NCBI GenBank assembly: GCA_026225235.1
Contig: JAMFSK010000087.1
Location: forward strand, 4,934-68,933
Length of the DNA: 64,000 nt
Origin: Burkholderiales bacterium
GTDB lineage: Bacteria; Pseudomonadota; Gammaproteobacteria; Burkholderiales; Burkholderiaceae
Direction of reading: 5' to 3'
The notes below the pieces were generated by a model. That model worked only from the letters and a program-made list of their open reading frames with translations, did no database searches and was not told where the DNA came from. The position numbers were made by a program, and so were the translations under genes. Below, in pieces: positions 1 through 9,663 of the stretch. Every line of letters begins with the position of its first letter. Within the stretch, counting starts at the first letter, position 1.

Positions 1-582
1 GCAGTGATTAGCGTTGTCGCGAAAGCGTTCGCAAAGCAGTTTCCATTGACACGGCTTCGAGTCTTCGTCGAGGGCTTGGGCGCGGCCTACCAACCCGTTC
101 TGGATGGCCGGTGCAGCTTAGGCATACTGCCGCCGCTGCCACAGGCATTTCCGTCATTGGTGAGCGAGCGACTGGGCGAATTGCCGCTGGTCGCAGTCGC
201 TTCAGTAGGTCATCCGCTCGCCCGCTTGGGTCATCGAATTCCGCGGCGTGAACTGGCGAAGCATATACAACTCGTGCTGACCGACCGATCCGATCTCACC
301 GCCGGTCGGGACTTCGGAGTTGCGTCAACCCTGACCTGGCGTCTGGCGGATTTATCGACCAAGCATGCATTCCTAAAAGACTGCGTGGGATGGGGAGGAA
401 TGCCCTTGCACATGGTCGAGAAAGACATCGCCGCAGGCACGTTGGTCGTTCTGGATGTGGACGACATGCCGCTCACGGGCTGGATATTGACGATGTCCGT
501 CTATCACCAACCATCAAAGCCGCCGGGACCAGCGGGGACATGGTTCGTCGACCACTTGAAGAGCGTGTGGCAGCAAGAATAG
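1..582 (+). CDS. LysR-family regulator, substrate-binding domain (5' end lies outside the window)
   Basis: Typical LTTR C-terminal sequence (FAKQFPLTRLRV..., PLVAVASVGHPLA, GWGGMPLHMVEKDIAAGTLV); no HTH within the window. Confidence 0.85.
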   Translation, partial: AVISVVAKAFAKQFPLTRLRVFVEGLGAAYQPVLDGRCSLGILPPLPQAFPSLVSERLGELPLVAVASVGHPLARLGHRIPRRELAKHIQLVLTDRSDLTAGRDFGVASTLTWRLADLSTKHAFLKDCVGWGGMPLHMVEKDIAAGTLVVLDVDDMPLTGWILTMSVYHQPSKPPGPAGTWFVDHLKSVWQQE

Positions 583-812
583 CAAATTGGTCGGAGTGAA
601 ATCAGCCGCAGCTCAATCGATGGCCGAGCAATTGAGCGCTCTGCGCGAGACGGTATCGCTCAAAGCGACCATTGCCCCTTCGTCGACATATATCAATTTA
701 CCGGTGCCGACGACACCGCTACGCCCGAAGTAGTCAACGATACAATAATATTTGTGAGAAGGCCAATAGCATCCCTTCGTATTTCAGACCATAAAACACG
801 TAGATAAAGATA

Positions 813-1322
813 ATGACCCGATTGCTCCCTGCCCTTCTACTTTCCGCTGCATTTGCATCCGGCTGCGCGAACGATCCTCGCCCAGCAGAACAACAACAAT
901 CTGAGTTGCATGCGGCCACGGCAATGCTGAGTGGCACTTACGACGTGGTGGACAGCCGCCAGAACTATCGTTATATCGCGGCCGTGGTCATTCGCAAAGC
1001 CAGCCACTCGGACCAGATCGACGTCCTTCTGCGGAGTCAGGTTTTCGGACCCGCCGTTCTGAATGGCAAAAAGTGCCAAGGGTGGATGACACCAGATCAG
1101 GCACATGCATCCATGATGTGCTGGTCCTCTACCGTAGGCATTAACTTCTACAAGCTTCATCAAGCGATAGGCGCTGATGAAACCATTAAAGACTACGCGC
1201 TTATCCCGAGGTTTGCACCCATGACGATTCCGGACGGCGACTACTTCCTAGAAACAACCGATAGTGGTAGCGGTCGGGTTCATTGGTATGTCCTGAGCCG
1301 GAATAGAGTGTCGTCGCAATAA
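813..1322 (+). CDS. Hypothetical lipoprotein
   Basis: 169-aa ORF; hydrophobic N-terminus ending in lipobox-like FASG-C; AT-rich upstream region. Confidence 0.7.
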   Translation: MTRLLPALLLSAAFASGCANDPRPAEQQQSELHAATAMLSGTYDVVDSRQNYRYIAAVVIRKASHSDQIDVLLRSQVFGPAVLNGKKCQGWMTPDQAHASMMCWSSTVGINFYKLHQAIGADETIKDYALIPRFAPMTIPDGDYFLETTDSGSGRVHWYVLSRNRVSSQ

Positions 1323-1398
1323 GGGCTCGTTCATGCAGTCCGACTTTGAAAACTGCGATAGCGTGTAGCCAGAGCCGTCTTGACGTCGACGGCAGTCA

Positions 1399-1421
1399 TG
1401 CAAGGTCGCACCGACCTTGCA
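1399..1421. other. Perfect 10-bp hairpin TGCAAGGTCG-CAC-CGACCTTGCA (possible terminator or junction element)
   Basis: Inverted repeat read directly; no U-tract. Confidence 0.3.
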
Positions 1422-1473
1422 GGGGGCACGCTCCAGATCGACACGAGCGGCCAGACGTATATCCACCCCTTCA

Positions 1474-1713
1474 CGGTACGCGTATTTTCACGCCAATGGC
1501 TTCGTAGAAAGCGGCGCAGGCGGCCAGGACCTCAGCGTCGGCACCGACAACATCCATAGCTTGCAACCCTACTCGGAAATGTCGTTGGACAAAGCGTTCG
1601 GGAACGAACTGAATCCCGTGAACATGCAACTGCGATTGGGCTATGCGCATGAGGTGCCTGACGCGAACCGCGCCGTGACCGTGACGACGCAGGACGGCAC
1701 GATATCCGGCTGA
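1474..1713 (+). pseudogene. Internal fragment of an autotransporter beta-barrel domain
   Basis: RYAYFHANGFVESGAGGQDLSVGTDNIHSLQPYSEMSLDKAFG...MQLRLGYAHE resembles Burkholderia autotransporter barrel strands; no credible start, passenger domain or terminal Phe. Confidence 0.65.
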
Positions 1714-1823
1714 AATTCGGCTATCAATTCTGAAACTCGGCATGGCGGTGAAAGACGATCCTCGAGCAAGTGTTTGAGGGAAAGTCTATCTTCGTCGTGC
1801 CCTGTCCCATCCGGCTGGTCAAC

Positions 1824-3096
1824 TCACTTGTTGACCAGATCCTTGAAGGCGTTCCCGGTAGGCACGCGGTGATTCAACATGATGCGCTCAAGGGCTGACA
1901 CGGCATCGACCACGCCGCTCTCCGCGCGCATCGTTTCACCCAGTATCCGGGCACTGTTTCGCACCGAAGCCTCGGCGGCGAAGTCGAGGGCGGCGGCGAA
2001 CGCCTTGGCCTTAGGTCGTCGCCCATCCACGGCGGCCGGGGAGACGCCGACAAAACGCAAGCGTTCGGCCCAGAAGAACTGATCGCCGGCAAACGGGATC
2101 ACGATGGAGGGCACGCCCGCGCGTGCCGCAGAGTGCGAGGTACCGGAGCCGCCGTGATGGATAACCGCAGAAGTGCGCGGGAAGAGCCAATCGTGCGGCG
2201 TGTCGTCGACGACGGAGACGTTCTCCGGAAGGTCCTTCGGACCGATGCCGCTCCAGCCCGGATAGAACAGTGCGCGTCGGCCGGCCACCGCCTCAATCAG
2301 AACATCCAGCAGGCGCGCGTTGTCGAAGCCAGTCATGCTCCCGAAGCCGATATAAATTGGGGCTTCTCCGGCGGCAAGGAAGTTCGCCAGCGCCGGTGGC
2401 GGCGTCCAGGCAGGGCTCGGCACCAGCCACTGTCCGCAAAGGCGTGCGTTGGTCGGCCAGTCGGCAGGCGTGGGCAACAGTGCACGAGACACCGTACAAC
2501 ATCGGGTGATCCGCCCATACCACTTTGCGCAGCGGCAGTTTGAAGAGCGCACGGGCCACATTGGTCTTGTCGCGGAATGCTTTCCATAGCATGGCATTCA
2601 CGAAGCCGTGGCTGGCCCGATTGAGCGGGCGCGGCAGCCATTTGGCCGGCAGAAATGGCGACGGGAACGCAGCGGTCGGCGTAATCGGGATCATGCCAGC
2701 GCCAATGCCCTTGGCACCCAGGTATTCAGCTGCGGAAAAGCCGGCAAACGCGGCCAATCCCGCTACAAGAATCACATCACAACCTTCCCCTACCTCGATG
2801 ATGGTGCGCATCCTGGATTCAGCGTTCTCGTTGGCGATCTTTGCCAGCGCGCGTGCGGTGTCGTTGAAACGCCCACCCTGGGCGACTACTCTGGCTAGAG
2901 CATGGTCCGGATGGAGCGTGCCGCGAATATCGCCGGCTAACGCTGCAGTAGGCACGCCAAGCGCACGGGCGCTACCGAGCGTGGCCGCGTCGGCGAGCAG
3001 TCGCGCCTAGTGTCCGGCATCTATCAGCCCCCGGCACAGTGCGGCGAACGGACGTGTATCGCCCTCTGTGCCATACGTCGCGACGATGAACTTCAT
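1824..3096 (-). pseudogene. GT1-type (sterol glucosyltransferase-like) glycosyltransferase, disrupted
   Basis: Starts MKFIVATYGTEGDTRPF; in-frame TAG at 3007-3009; frameshift near 2485; C-terminal YIGFGSM, PHDWLFP, HHGGSGT and PFAGDQFFW motifs. Confidence 0.9.
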
Positions 3097-3151
3097 GAAC
3101 CCCTTCTTGCTGGGTTTGTGGGATGGCTTGAATTGTCGACAGTCGGACGAA

Positions 3152-4525
3152 CTACCAATGGGGTTCGGCAGACCCGAGGCTCGATGCCGGATGTCGCCAA
3201 GCTAGCGTTACGTCGTTCACTAAGATCGGCGATTTACAGCGTTTCGCCGGTCCCCATTCTGTCTGCTCGAGCGACGCCGAAAAGTCGCTGCTGCTTGTTG
3301 TCAGACCCTCCGCCACACTCGCCGTACGAGGCAGTTCAATCAAAGACTGTGCCGTTCGCGCAAGCGATAGTGTGGCCGTTGTTGCCCGATTTTCTGTGAT
3401 TCGCCAGATAACAGATCGAACCACAGTCGCAGCCATCAGATAGCCTGTCGCCTGGTCGAGCGCTTGTACAGGAAGTGGCACCGGGCGGTCGGCTTGCCTC
3501 CATAACATCCCGCCGTGCGCGATTCCTGAGCTCATCTGCATGAGACTGTCGAAGCCGCGGCGGCGACTCCACGGACCGCTCCATCCGTACGCATCCAGTG
3601 ACACATCGATGAGCCCTGGGTTGATTGCGCGGCGCGCGGCTTCGGTGTAGCCCAATTCATCGAGCGCACTGGGTCGATAACCATGAATCAGCACGTCGGC
3701 TTTCGACAATAATTGCTCGAATATCTCGCAGCCCTGGGGTGTTCTGAGGTCCAGTCGCGCACAGCGCTTGCCGAGCGTGACCTCGGCTACCAAGGCCGGC
3801 TCGTCCCATTCGGGCGGATCGATTCTTAAGACATCCGCTCCGTAGCCCGCTAGAAAGCGAGTCGCGACTGGCCCCGCTAAGACGCGAGTCAAATCGAGCA
3901 CTTTCAGGCCTGCAAGCGGGCTTGGCACTTCAGGCTGCCACGCTGACGATTTAAACGCGGCGGTAACGGAAGACAATGCAATCAGCGGTTCAGACGCCAC
4001 TGCCTTGCCTTGGGGATGGGCCTTCCATTCGTCGCAGGTTCGCATCGCCGCGGCACACCCTTGCTCCCCGACGATGGCAGTTTCAAGTTCTTCAGCTGAC
4101 CAGCCTGCGACCGCTTCTGCCACGGCAGACCTGTCGTCGGCGCATTGCAGCACACGTAGCGCCGCTGCCTTGTGATGAGGCGCGTTGGTATGAAGTCTGA
4201 TCCAGCCGTCGCGGGTCGGATAGTCTCCGGCGACGGTGTCCCATGCGGCGGGCAAGGTCCATCCAACCGGTTGGATGGACATGCCGAACCAAAGCGAAGC
4301 AAGTCTTCGGTCGACGACGACCTCGGGCGCGCGATCGGAGTGCACCTTGAACAATTGCCCTACCGCCGCGCCCGCTGCGGCGATTGCTCCAGCGGCGAAG
4401 TCACTAACGGAGAATGCAGAAGTGAGCTCGCCGGAGCCTTGGATGGTGATGCGCGCCGACGTATCGGCCGGGAGTTGAAGCGCCAACAGGGCGGCTTCCA
4501 GAAACTCAATCGATGAATCTGACAT
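3152..4525 (-). CDS. Family III (CaiB/BaiF) CoA-transferase
   Basis: PLAGLKVLDLTRVLAGPVATRFLAGYGADVLRID, GKRCARLDL, HGYRP, RRGFDSLMQ; degenerate N-terminal repeat (YPTRDGWIRLH). Confidence 0.9.
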   Translation of the reverse strand: MSDSSIEFLEAALLALQLPADTSARITIQGSGELTSAFSVSDFAAGAIAAAGAAVGQLFKVHSDRAPEVVVDRRLASLWFGMSIQPVGWTLPAAWDTVAGDYPTRDGWIRLHTNAPHHKAAALRVLQCADDRSAVAEAVAGWSAEELETAIVGEQGCAAAMRTCDEWKAHPQGKAVASEPLIALSSVTAAFKSSAWQPEVPSPLAGLKVLDLTRVLAGPVATRFLAGYGADVLRIDPPEWDEPALVAEVTLGKRCARLDLRTPQGCEIFEQLLSKADVLIHGYRPSALDELGYTEAARRAINPGLIDVSLDAYGWSGPWSRRRGFDSLMQMSSGIAHGGMLWRQADRPVPLPVQALDQATGYLMAATVVRSVIWRITENRATTATLSLARTAQSLIELPRTASVAEGLTTSSSDFSASLEQTEWGPAKRCKSPILVNDVTLAWRHPASSLGSAEPHW

Positions 4526-4632
4526 GCTGGCTCCAGAGGGGAAAGCCGTTCATCGCCGCAACGGTTCTCATCGAGTTGCGGCTTGATCAGATATCGAAAG
4601 ACCGCACAACCCGTTTCGATGCCAGCATAAAC

Positions 4633-4677
4633 TTGATAAAGTTGACGTCAATCTTGATTTGAATCGTCAATGTCAAT
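4633..4677. promoter_or_regulatory. Candidate operator between the divergent CoA-transferase and HTH-citrate synthase genes
   Basis: TTGA at 4633, 4642, 4654, 4659; TCAA(T) at 4648, 4667, 4673; perfect palindrome TTGACGTCAA at 4642-4651. Confidence 0.5.
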
Positions 4678-4689
4678 ACGGTGACTTCG

Positions 4690-5862
4690 ATGATGTGGAT
4701 TACAGCAGCAGAGGCACTTAGCATCTTGAGCGTTCGGCCGCAGACGCTTTATGCGAACGTTAGCAGGGGAAAAATCCGCGCCCGGCCGGACAAGACGGAT
4801 AGTCGTCGTAGCCTCTACCATCGCGAGGATGTACTGCGGATGGCAAAGCGGACCAACGGTCGACGGAAAGTTGAGACAGTTGCCGCCCAGGCAATTGAAT
4901 GGGGCGATCCCGTGCTGCCATCGGCTATATCGACAGTGGTCGACGGACGACTCTGGTATCGCGGTCAGGATGCTGTTGTGCTATCGCGAACGGCCTCGCT
5001 GGAAGACATCGCCGCCTTGCTCTGGGAGTGCCCGACAGTTCCTCGCCTTAGCTCGGCGACTGAGGTCAATCCAGCAGTTCATTGCGTCAGCGGATTCGGA
5101 GGCGGCTTGAGGTCCGGGTTGTTTGCGCTTGCGGAGCGAAGCGCAAACGACTTGCCGTCAATTGGCCGCGCACTGCCGGTACTCCGCGAAGAGGCGACAA
5201 GCGTGCTGGTCACGCTAAACGCGGCGATGCTCGGAACCGATGCGTCAAACGGTGACTGCACGTTGAGCGAACAGATCTCGAGGGTATGGGCACGGAGTGA
5301 CGCGGAGGACGTTATTCGCCGCGCTCTTGTCCTGCTTGCGGATCATGAGCTGAATGCATCTACGTTTGCAGCACGGGTGACGATTTCAACTGGCGCTTCT
5401 CTGGCAGCGGGTATGCTCGCCGGGCTTGTTTCACTGACCGGCCCCCTACACGGCGGCGCCTCGCTGTCGCTGAATGCACTGATCAAATCGACAGAGCACC
5501 TTGGCATCGAGGCAGCCGTACGGCAATCGCTCGCGCAGGGACGGACGTTACCTGGGTTTGGCCATCCTCTTTATCCAGACGGCGACGTTCGAGCCGCCGC
5601 CCTGCTGGAGGTACTTCCATCGAACGAGGCTTACACGCAACTCATGGACTATGTTGAGCGCACTGTCGGTGAACGTCCTAACATCGACTTCGCTCTTGCC
5701 GTCATAGCCGCGACATTCGATTTGCCCGTCGAAGCACCGTTTATGCTATTCGCGCTGGGCCGCTGCGTTGGGTGGCTCGCACACGCATTGGAACAAATAG
5801 GAGCGCATCAGCTGATTCGTCCACGAGCACGCTATGTTGGCATCGTCCCGCAAGTTTCCTAG
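4690..5862 (+). CDS. Citrate synthase-family protein with an N-terminal helix-turn-helix domain
   Basis: N-terminal WITAAEALSILSVRPQTLYANVSRGKI (excisionase/MerR-like HTH); ADHELNASTF, GPLHGGA, GFGHPLY, DVR, NIDF and IRPR motifs; start at ATG 4690 (GTG 4681 possible). Confidence 0.9.
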   Translation: MMWITAAEALSILSVRPQTLYANVSRGKIRARPDKTDSRRSLYHREDVLRMAKRTNGRRKVETVAAQAIEWGDPVLPSAISTVVDGRLWYRGQDAVVLSRTASLEDIAALLWECPTVPRLSSATEVNPAVHCVSGFGGGLRSGLFALAERSANDLPSIGRALPVLREEATSVLVTLNAAMLGTDASNGDCTLSEQISRVWARSDAEDVIRRALVLLADHELNASTFAARVTISTGASLAAGMLAGLVSLTGPLHGGASLSLNALIKSTEHLGIEAAVRQSLAQGRTLPGFGHPLYPDGDVRAAALLEVLPSNEAYTQLMDYVERTVGERPNIDFALAVIAATFDLPVEAPFMLFALGRCVGWLAHALEQIGAHQLIRPRARYVGIVPQVS

Positions 5863-5931
5863 CCTTGTTTAGCAAGCCTGAGATCAAGCATCACTGTCGC
5901 GACATCTGCTCGAGCACGCGGCTTTCCTGGT

Positions 5932-7491
5932 TCAGGCGTCCTCACGCAACTTGAAGGCGCTGACAGCATGCACAAGTCGCGAAGCCTGTTCGCGCAGGCT
6001 CTGAGCAGCCGCTGCGGATTGCTCGACCAATGCGGAATTCTGCTGCGTCATCTCGTCGATCTCGCTTACCGAGTCATTGATGGTGACAAGGCCCGCGGAT
6101 TGTTCGCCGGTCGCCACGCTGATCTGATCGACCAACGTCGTCACGTCACGCATGCGCTCGAGAAGCGTTCGCATCGTCTCGCCGGCGTCGGCCACCAGTC
6201 GGCTGCCCGATTCGACGCTTCCGACGCTTTCCGAGATCAGGGTCTTGATTTCCTTTGCCGCTTGTGCAGAGCGATTGGCCAGGCTGCGCACCTCGCTCGC
6301 GACAACCGCGAAGCCCCTTCCCTGCTCCCCGGCTCGCGCGGCCTCGACGGCCGCATTCAACGCAAGGATGTTGGTCTGAAAAGCGATGCTATCGATCACG
6401 CCGATGATATCGACCACCTTGCGCGAGCTTTGGGCGATGTGGCCCATGGTCTCGACAACACGATGTACCGCCTCTCCGCCCCGCTCCGCCACGCTGCTCG
6501 CCGCGTCTGCGAGACCGCTCGCCTGCTTTGCGTTGACCGCGCTCTGCCGGACGGTGGCGGTCAACTCTTCCATGGAGGCGCCAGTCTGCTGCAGGCTCGA
6601 TGCCTGCGACTCGGTACGCCGCGACAAATCGAGGTTGCCGTTCGCGATCTCGCTTGAACCGAGTTCAATGCTCTCCGACGTCTCGCGCACCGTACCGACA
6701 AGCGTGACGAGATTGCCGTTCATGATCTTGAGCGCATGCAGCAATTGGCCCACTTCGTCTTTGCCATACACTTCGATGCGAGACGTCAGGTCCCCCAGGG
6801 CTACTGTTTCGGCGATCTTGACGGCACGTTCCAGTCCACCTGTTATTGATCGCGATATGAACAGGCTGACTGCGACGCCGCTGGTGAGTGCAGCTAAGGC
6901 GAGGCCTAGCGTGATGACAATCGCGCGGCGTGTCAGGTCAGACGTTTCCGACGTGGTTGACTGCATCGTGCTTTCGTAATGATCCACGAGACCGCGCGAA
7001 GCGGCCAGAAAGGACTCCTGGGGTGCCTTCAAGTCCTTCAGGAGATAGTTGCGCGCGACATCGGGTAGGTGTGCCTGTACAAGGGTCACGACTCTCGAGC
7101 GAAGTCGCACGTAGGTGCCGCTTGCTTCTTGCAATTGCGCGATCATGGTACGTTCCTGATCGGTGGAGGCAAGGCCAGACAGCTTCTCCATCGTTGCGCC
7201 CAGATCTCGCGTAGCACGACTCACCTCTGCAACGTACGCCTTAGCCGCGTTGTCGTCGCCCGCGGACAGCACCGCACTGCGCAGATTGTTGGCCTGCAGG
7301 TTAATGTCCCTGTCGATCTGATTTGCGAGCGCAATGTGTTTGTAATCGACATCGACGATGCGCCGTGCAGTCGTGCCCATCTGACGTACCTGGAACACGG
7401 CGAACAGTGCAATACAGACGAGTAGCACCAACACCAGTCCAAAGCCGACTGCTAATCGCTGGCCAATACGCAGACTAGCAAGACGTTTCAT
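5932..7491 (-). CDS. Methyl-accepting chemotaxis protein (4HB-type periplasmic sensor, HAMP, signalling domain)
   Basis: Two TM helices; IAFQTNILALNAAVEAARAGEQGRGFAVVASEVR; start MKRLASL at 7491. Confidence 0.93.
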   Translation of the reverse strand: MKRLASLRIGQRLAVGFGLVLVLLVCIALFAVFQVRQMGTTARRIVDVDYKHIALANQIDRDINLQANNLRSAVLSAGDDNAAKAYVAEVSRATRDLGATMEKLSGLASTDQERTMIAQLQEASGTYVRLRSRVVTLVQAHLPDVARNYLLKDLKAPQESFLAASRGLVDHYESTMQSTTSETSDLTRRAIVITLGLALAALTSGVAVSLFISRSITGGLERAVKIAETVALGDLTSRIEVYGKDEVGQLLHALKIMNGNLVTLVGTVRETSESIELGSSEIANGNLDLSRRTESQASSLQQTGASMEELTATVRQSAVNAKQASGLADAASSVAERGGEAVHRVVETMGHIAQSSRKVVDIIGVIDSIAFQTNILALNAAVEAARAGEQGRGFAVVASEVRSLANRSAQAAKEIKTLISESVGSVESGSRLVADAGETMRTLLERMRDVTTLVDQISVATGEQSAGLVTINDSVSEIDEMTQQNSALVEQSAAAAQSLREQASRLVHAVSAFKLREDA

Positions 7492-7730
7492 GGTCAATTT
7501 CCAAAGAGGCACGGATGGCTCGCGCGGAAATCGCACGACTGTGTAGTATTTCGTCACCTGCGGCAGAAAATTGAGACGGGTAAACCGCAATGGCTAAAGC
7601 GTGCCGAAGATAAACTATCGGTCGGCGATCAGCTATCCCAGCGATTGACAAATGCCAGCCCATTCAAACTAGGGCGCACCGACGTCAACACTGCTGGGCA
7701 GCGCTCCCGTCGCTAAGGTCGAGGTCGCAC

Positions 7731-7945
7731 TTACGTGAAACTCATTTTCGCCGAGGCCTGCTTGAGAAGATCGATCAAATATAAGGTCGGCACCGGAAGC
7801 ACCCGCCCTTCATGCACGCAGATGGCAAGGCGCACCGGCTTGAGCAGAGGATCCATAATCGGGACGTAGCGATATTTTTCGCTGCCACCGACGAGCGCGG
7901 GGCTCACAAGCGGTGCATTGACGAATGCAATCGCCAGACCGGTAG
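7731..7945 (-). pseudogene. Probable C-terminal remnant of a LysR-family regulator
   Basis: STGLAIAF...YVPIMDPLLKPVRLAICVHEGRVLPVPTLYLIDLLKQ resembles LTTR C-termini; no N-terminal part. Confidence 0.45.
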
Positions 7946-8032
7946 ACGCGTCGGGCAAACGCACGTCCAGGGCGTTGCTCAAAACAGCCGCGTCGCTGCC
8001 GTCTATCGGAGACCGACTTGCCTCCCGCTCAC

Positions 8033-9415
8033 TTACCCTCGTGTCTTTAGCCGACGATAGAGCGTGCGTTCGCTCATTCCGAGGTGTTGAGCGAGCGCGC
8101 TGCGTGTGCCGGAGAACTGCTCTGCGAACCGTACGAGTTCGTGATCTGTTTGTTTGCTTCGCGTCGAAAATGAGGGCGAAGTCGTGCTGCTCTTCAGATG
8201 CGCCGATTCCGTCACCACATCATCCGGCAGATGTTCGACCCGGACCACCCCATCGTCGGCCAGCAGACACGCGCGGTCGAGCACATTCCGCAGCTCCCGG
8301 ATATTGCCAGGCCAAGAATACGTGTGAAGCCTCGCGAGCGCATCCGCTGCAATGCTGAACTTGCGGCCCTTCGTGCCTTGTGTGCCACCGATACGCTGCA
8401 GTATCGAGTCGACGAGCAGCGGGATATCGTCTAGACGCTCGCGCACCGCCGGCAGGTTAATTGGAAACGCACTGATGCGGTAGAAGAGATCCTGGCGAAA
8501 GCGGCTATCGTCAATCATGTCGCGCAACGGTCTGTGCGTCGCCGCCACGAGCCGAAAATCCGACCGTAACGTTTCGATGCCCCCGACCCGACGGAACGTA
8601 CCAGATTCGATCAGCCGCAGCAGCTTGACCTGCATTGACATGGGCACATCGCCAATCTCATCCAGAAACAGTGTTCCGCCTTGCGCGGTTTCGACGAGAC
8701 CCGGTTTGCGCGCGACCGCACCCGTGAACGCGCCTTTTTCATAGCCGAAGAGTTCGGTCTCGAACAGGGCCTCGGTGATGCCGGAGCACTCGACAACCAC
8801 AAACGGGTGTTGCGCTCGCTCGCTTGCCTCATGGAGGGCACGAGCGAACAGCTCCTTCCCGGTTCCTGACTCTCCGAGAAGCAAGACAGGCAACATCGAT
8901 GGCGCAACGCGATGCAACGCGGAGATCGCTGCGTTGAACGCCGTTGAACGGCCGACCAGTCCCTCTGCGCTCGGCTTGGCGGATGCGCCGCGTACCGTCG
9001 AGAGTCGCTCAACGTAAGCGATGACGTCCCGCTGCGCATTGAATATCGGCCGTAATTCGACATCAACGTGCTCAGGCCCGCGAGGCGTGTGATGAATGTG
9101 GAGCACGCGGTCAGGTCCGCGCAGTTCAAATGCACGTTTCATGGGGCAGTGCTCGCCCGCCTCGTCGCAAGGCACGTCGTAGTGATGCGACACCTGGTAG
9201 CACTTGCGTCCGACGTGAGGCTGGCTGGCTATGCCGAACTGACGTTGATAAGCGGTGTTGGCGGCAAGTATGCGGTACTCGGGATCGAGCACGATCATGG
9301 GTTGCGCGTCGTGCTCCAGATACGCCACGAGCGCGCTGACATCCGGCGCTTGGGGCAACTCAGCCGAGGCCGCAACAAGCGGTGTGATGGGTATGACCGG
9401 CCTTGAGGGTTTCAA
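8033..9415 (-). CDS. fisR: Sigma54-dependent PAS-AAA+-HTH activator, FisR-type sulfane-sulfur sensor
   Basis: PAS domain with C-x10-C-x6-C ([21 protein letters not shown]); [29 protein letters not shown]; C-terminal HTH; divergent from pdo-sqr; TTG start at 9415 with GGAG RBS. Confidence 0.88.
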   Translation of the reverse strand: MKPSRPVIPITPLVAASAELPQAPDVSALVAYLEHDAQPMIVLDPEYRILAANTAYQRQFGIASQPHVGRKCYQVSHHYDVPCDEAGEHCPMKRAFELRGPDRVLHIHHTPRGPEHVDVELRPIFNAQRDVIAYVERLSTVRGASAKPSAEGLVGRSTAFNAAISALHRVAPSMLPVLLLGESGTGKELFARALHEASERAQHPFVVVECSGITEALFETELFGYEKGAFTGAVARKPGLVETAQGGTLFLDEIGDVPMSMQVKLLRLIESGTFRRVGGIETLRSDFRLVAATHRPLRDMIDDSRFRQDLFYRISAFPINLPAVRERLDDIPLLVDSILQRIGGTQGTKGRKFSIAADALARLHTYSWPGNIRELRNVLDRACLLADDGVVRVEHLPDDVVTESAHLKSSTTSPSFSTRSKQTDHELVRFAEQFSGTRSALAQHLGMSERTLYRRLKTRG

Positions 9416-9447
9416 GACGGTTGCTCCATGAGGAACGAGACGTCGAT

Positions 9448-9497
9448 ACTGCCACAACTGCCATCGGACTGCCAACCGACTGCCAGAAATGGCAGTC
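9448..9497. promoter_or_regulatory. Putative FisR upstream activating sequence
   Basis: ACTGCCA direct repeats at 9448, 9457, 9468, 9479 plus inverted TGGCAGT at 9490, forming GACTGCCA-GAAA-TGGCAGTC. Confidence 0.65.
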
Positions 9498-9561
9498 CGC
9501 TCTGCTGGCCAGCAGCCCGAGGGCGTTTCTGGACCTTCTAAGGTGGCAACAAATCTATATC

Positions 9562-9574
9562 AATCAAATATTTA
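9562..9574 (+). promoter_or_regulatory. IHF binding site
   Basis: AATCAA-ATAT-TTA exactly matches WATCAAN4TTR and lies between the UAS and the sigma54 site. Confidence 0.7.
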
Positions 9575-9601
9575 CGATTTATCGGTAAAGTGCCAATGCG
9601 A

Positions 9602-9616
9602 TGGCACGCTTCTTGT
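9602..9616 (+). promoter_or_regulatory. Sigma54 -24/-12 promoter of pdo-sqr-tauE
   Basis: TGGCAC-GCTTC-TTGT (consensus TGGCAC-N5-TTGC, GT variant at -12), about 48 nt before pdo. Confidence 0.75.
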
Positions 9617-9663
9617 AATAACCGGGCGACGCTGTCGTAAGGCACCCATTGACCGAGGAGAGC

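Noticed and set aside
3007-3009. In-frame TAG/TGA codons (3007, 14148, 56579, 56902) as recoding (pyrrolysine or selenocysteine)
   Set aside because: Each co-occurs with a frameshift or another stop in the same gene, which indicates decay
7614-7650. Possible sigma28 promoter for the MCP at 5932-7491 (ACCGATAG on the minus strand)
   Set aside because: No correctly spaced TAAA/TCAAG -35 element
9448-9497. ACTGCCA repeats as a mini-CRISPR or iteron set
   Set aside because: Units are 7 bp with 2-4 bp spacers; no cas or rep gene; the position fits an enhancer
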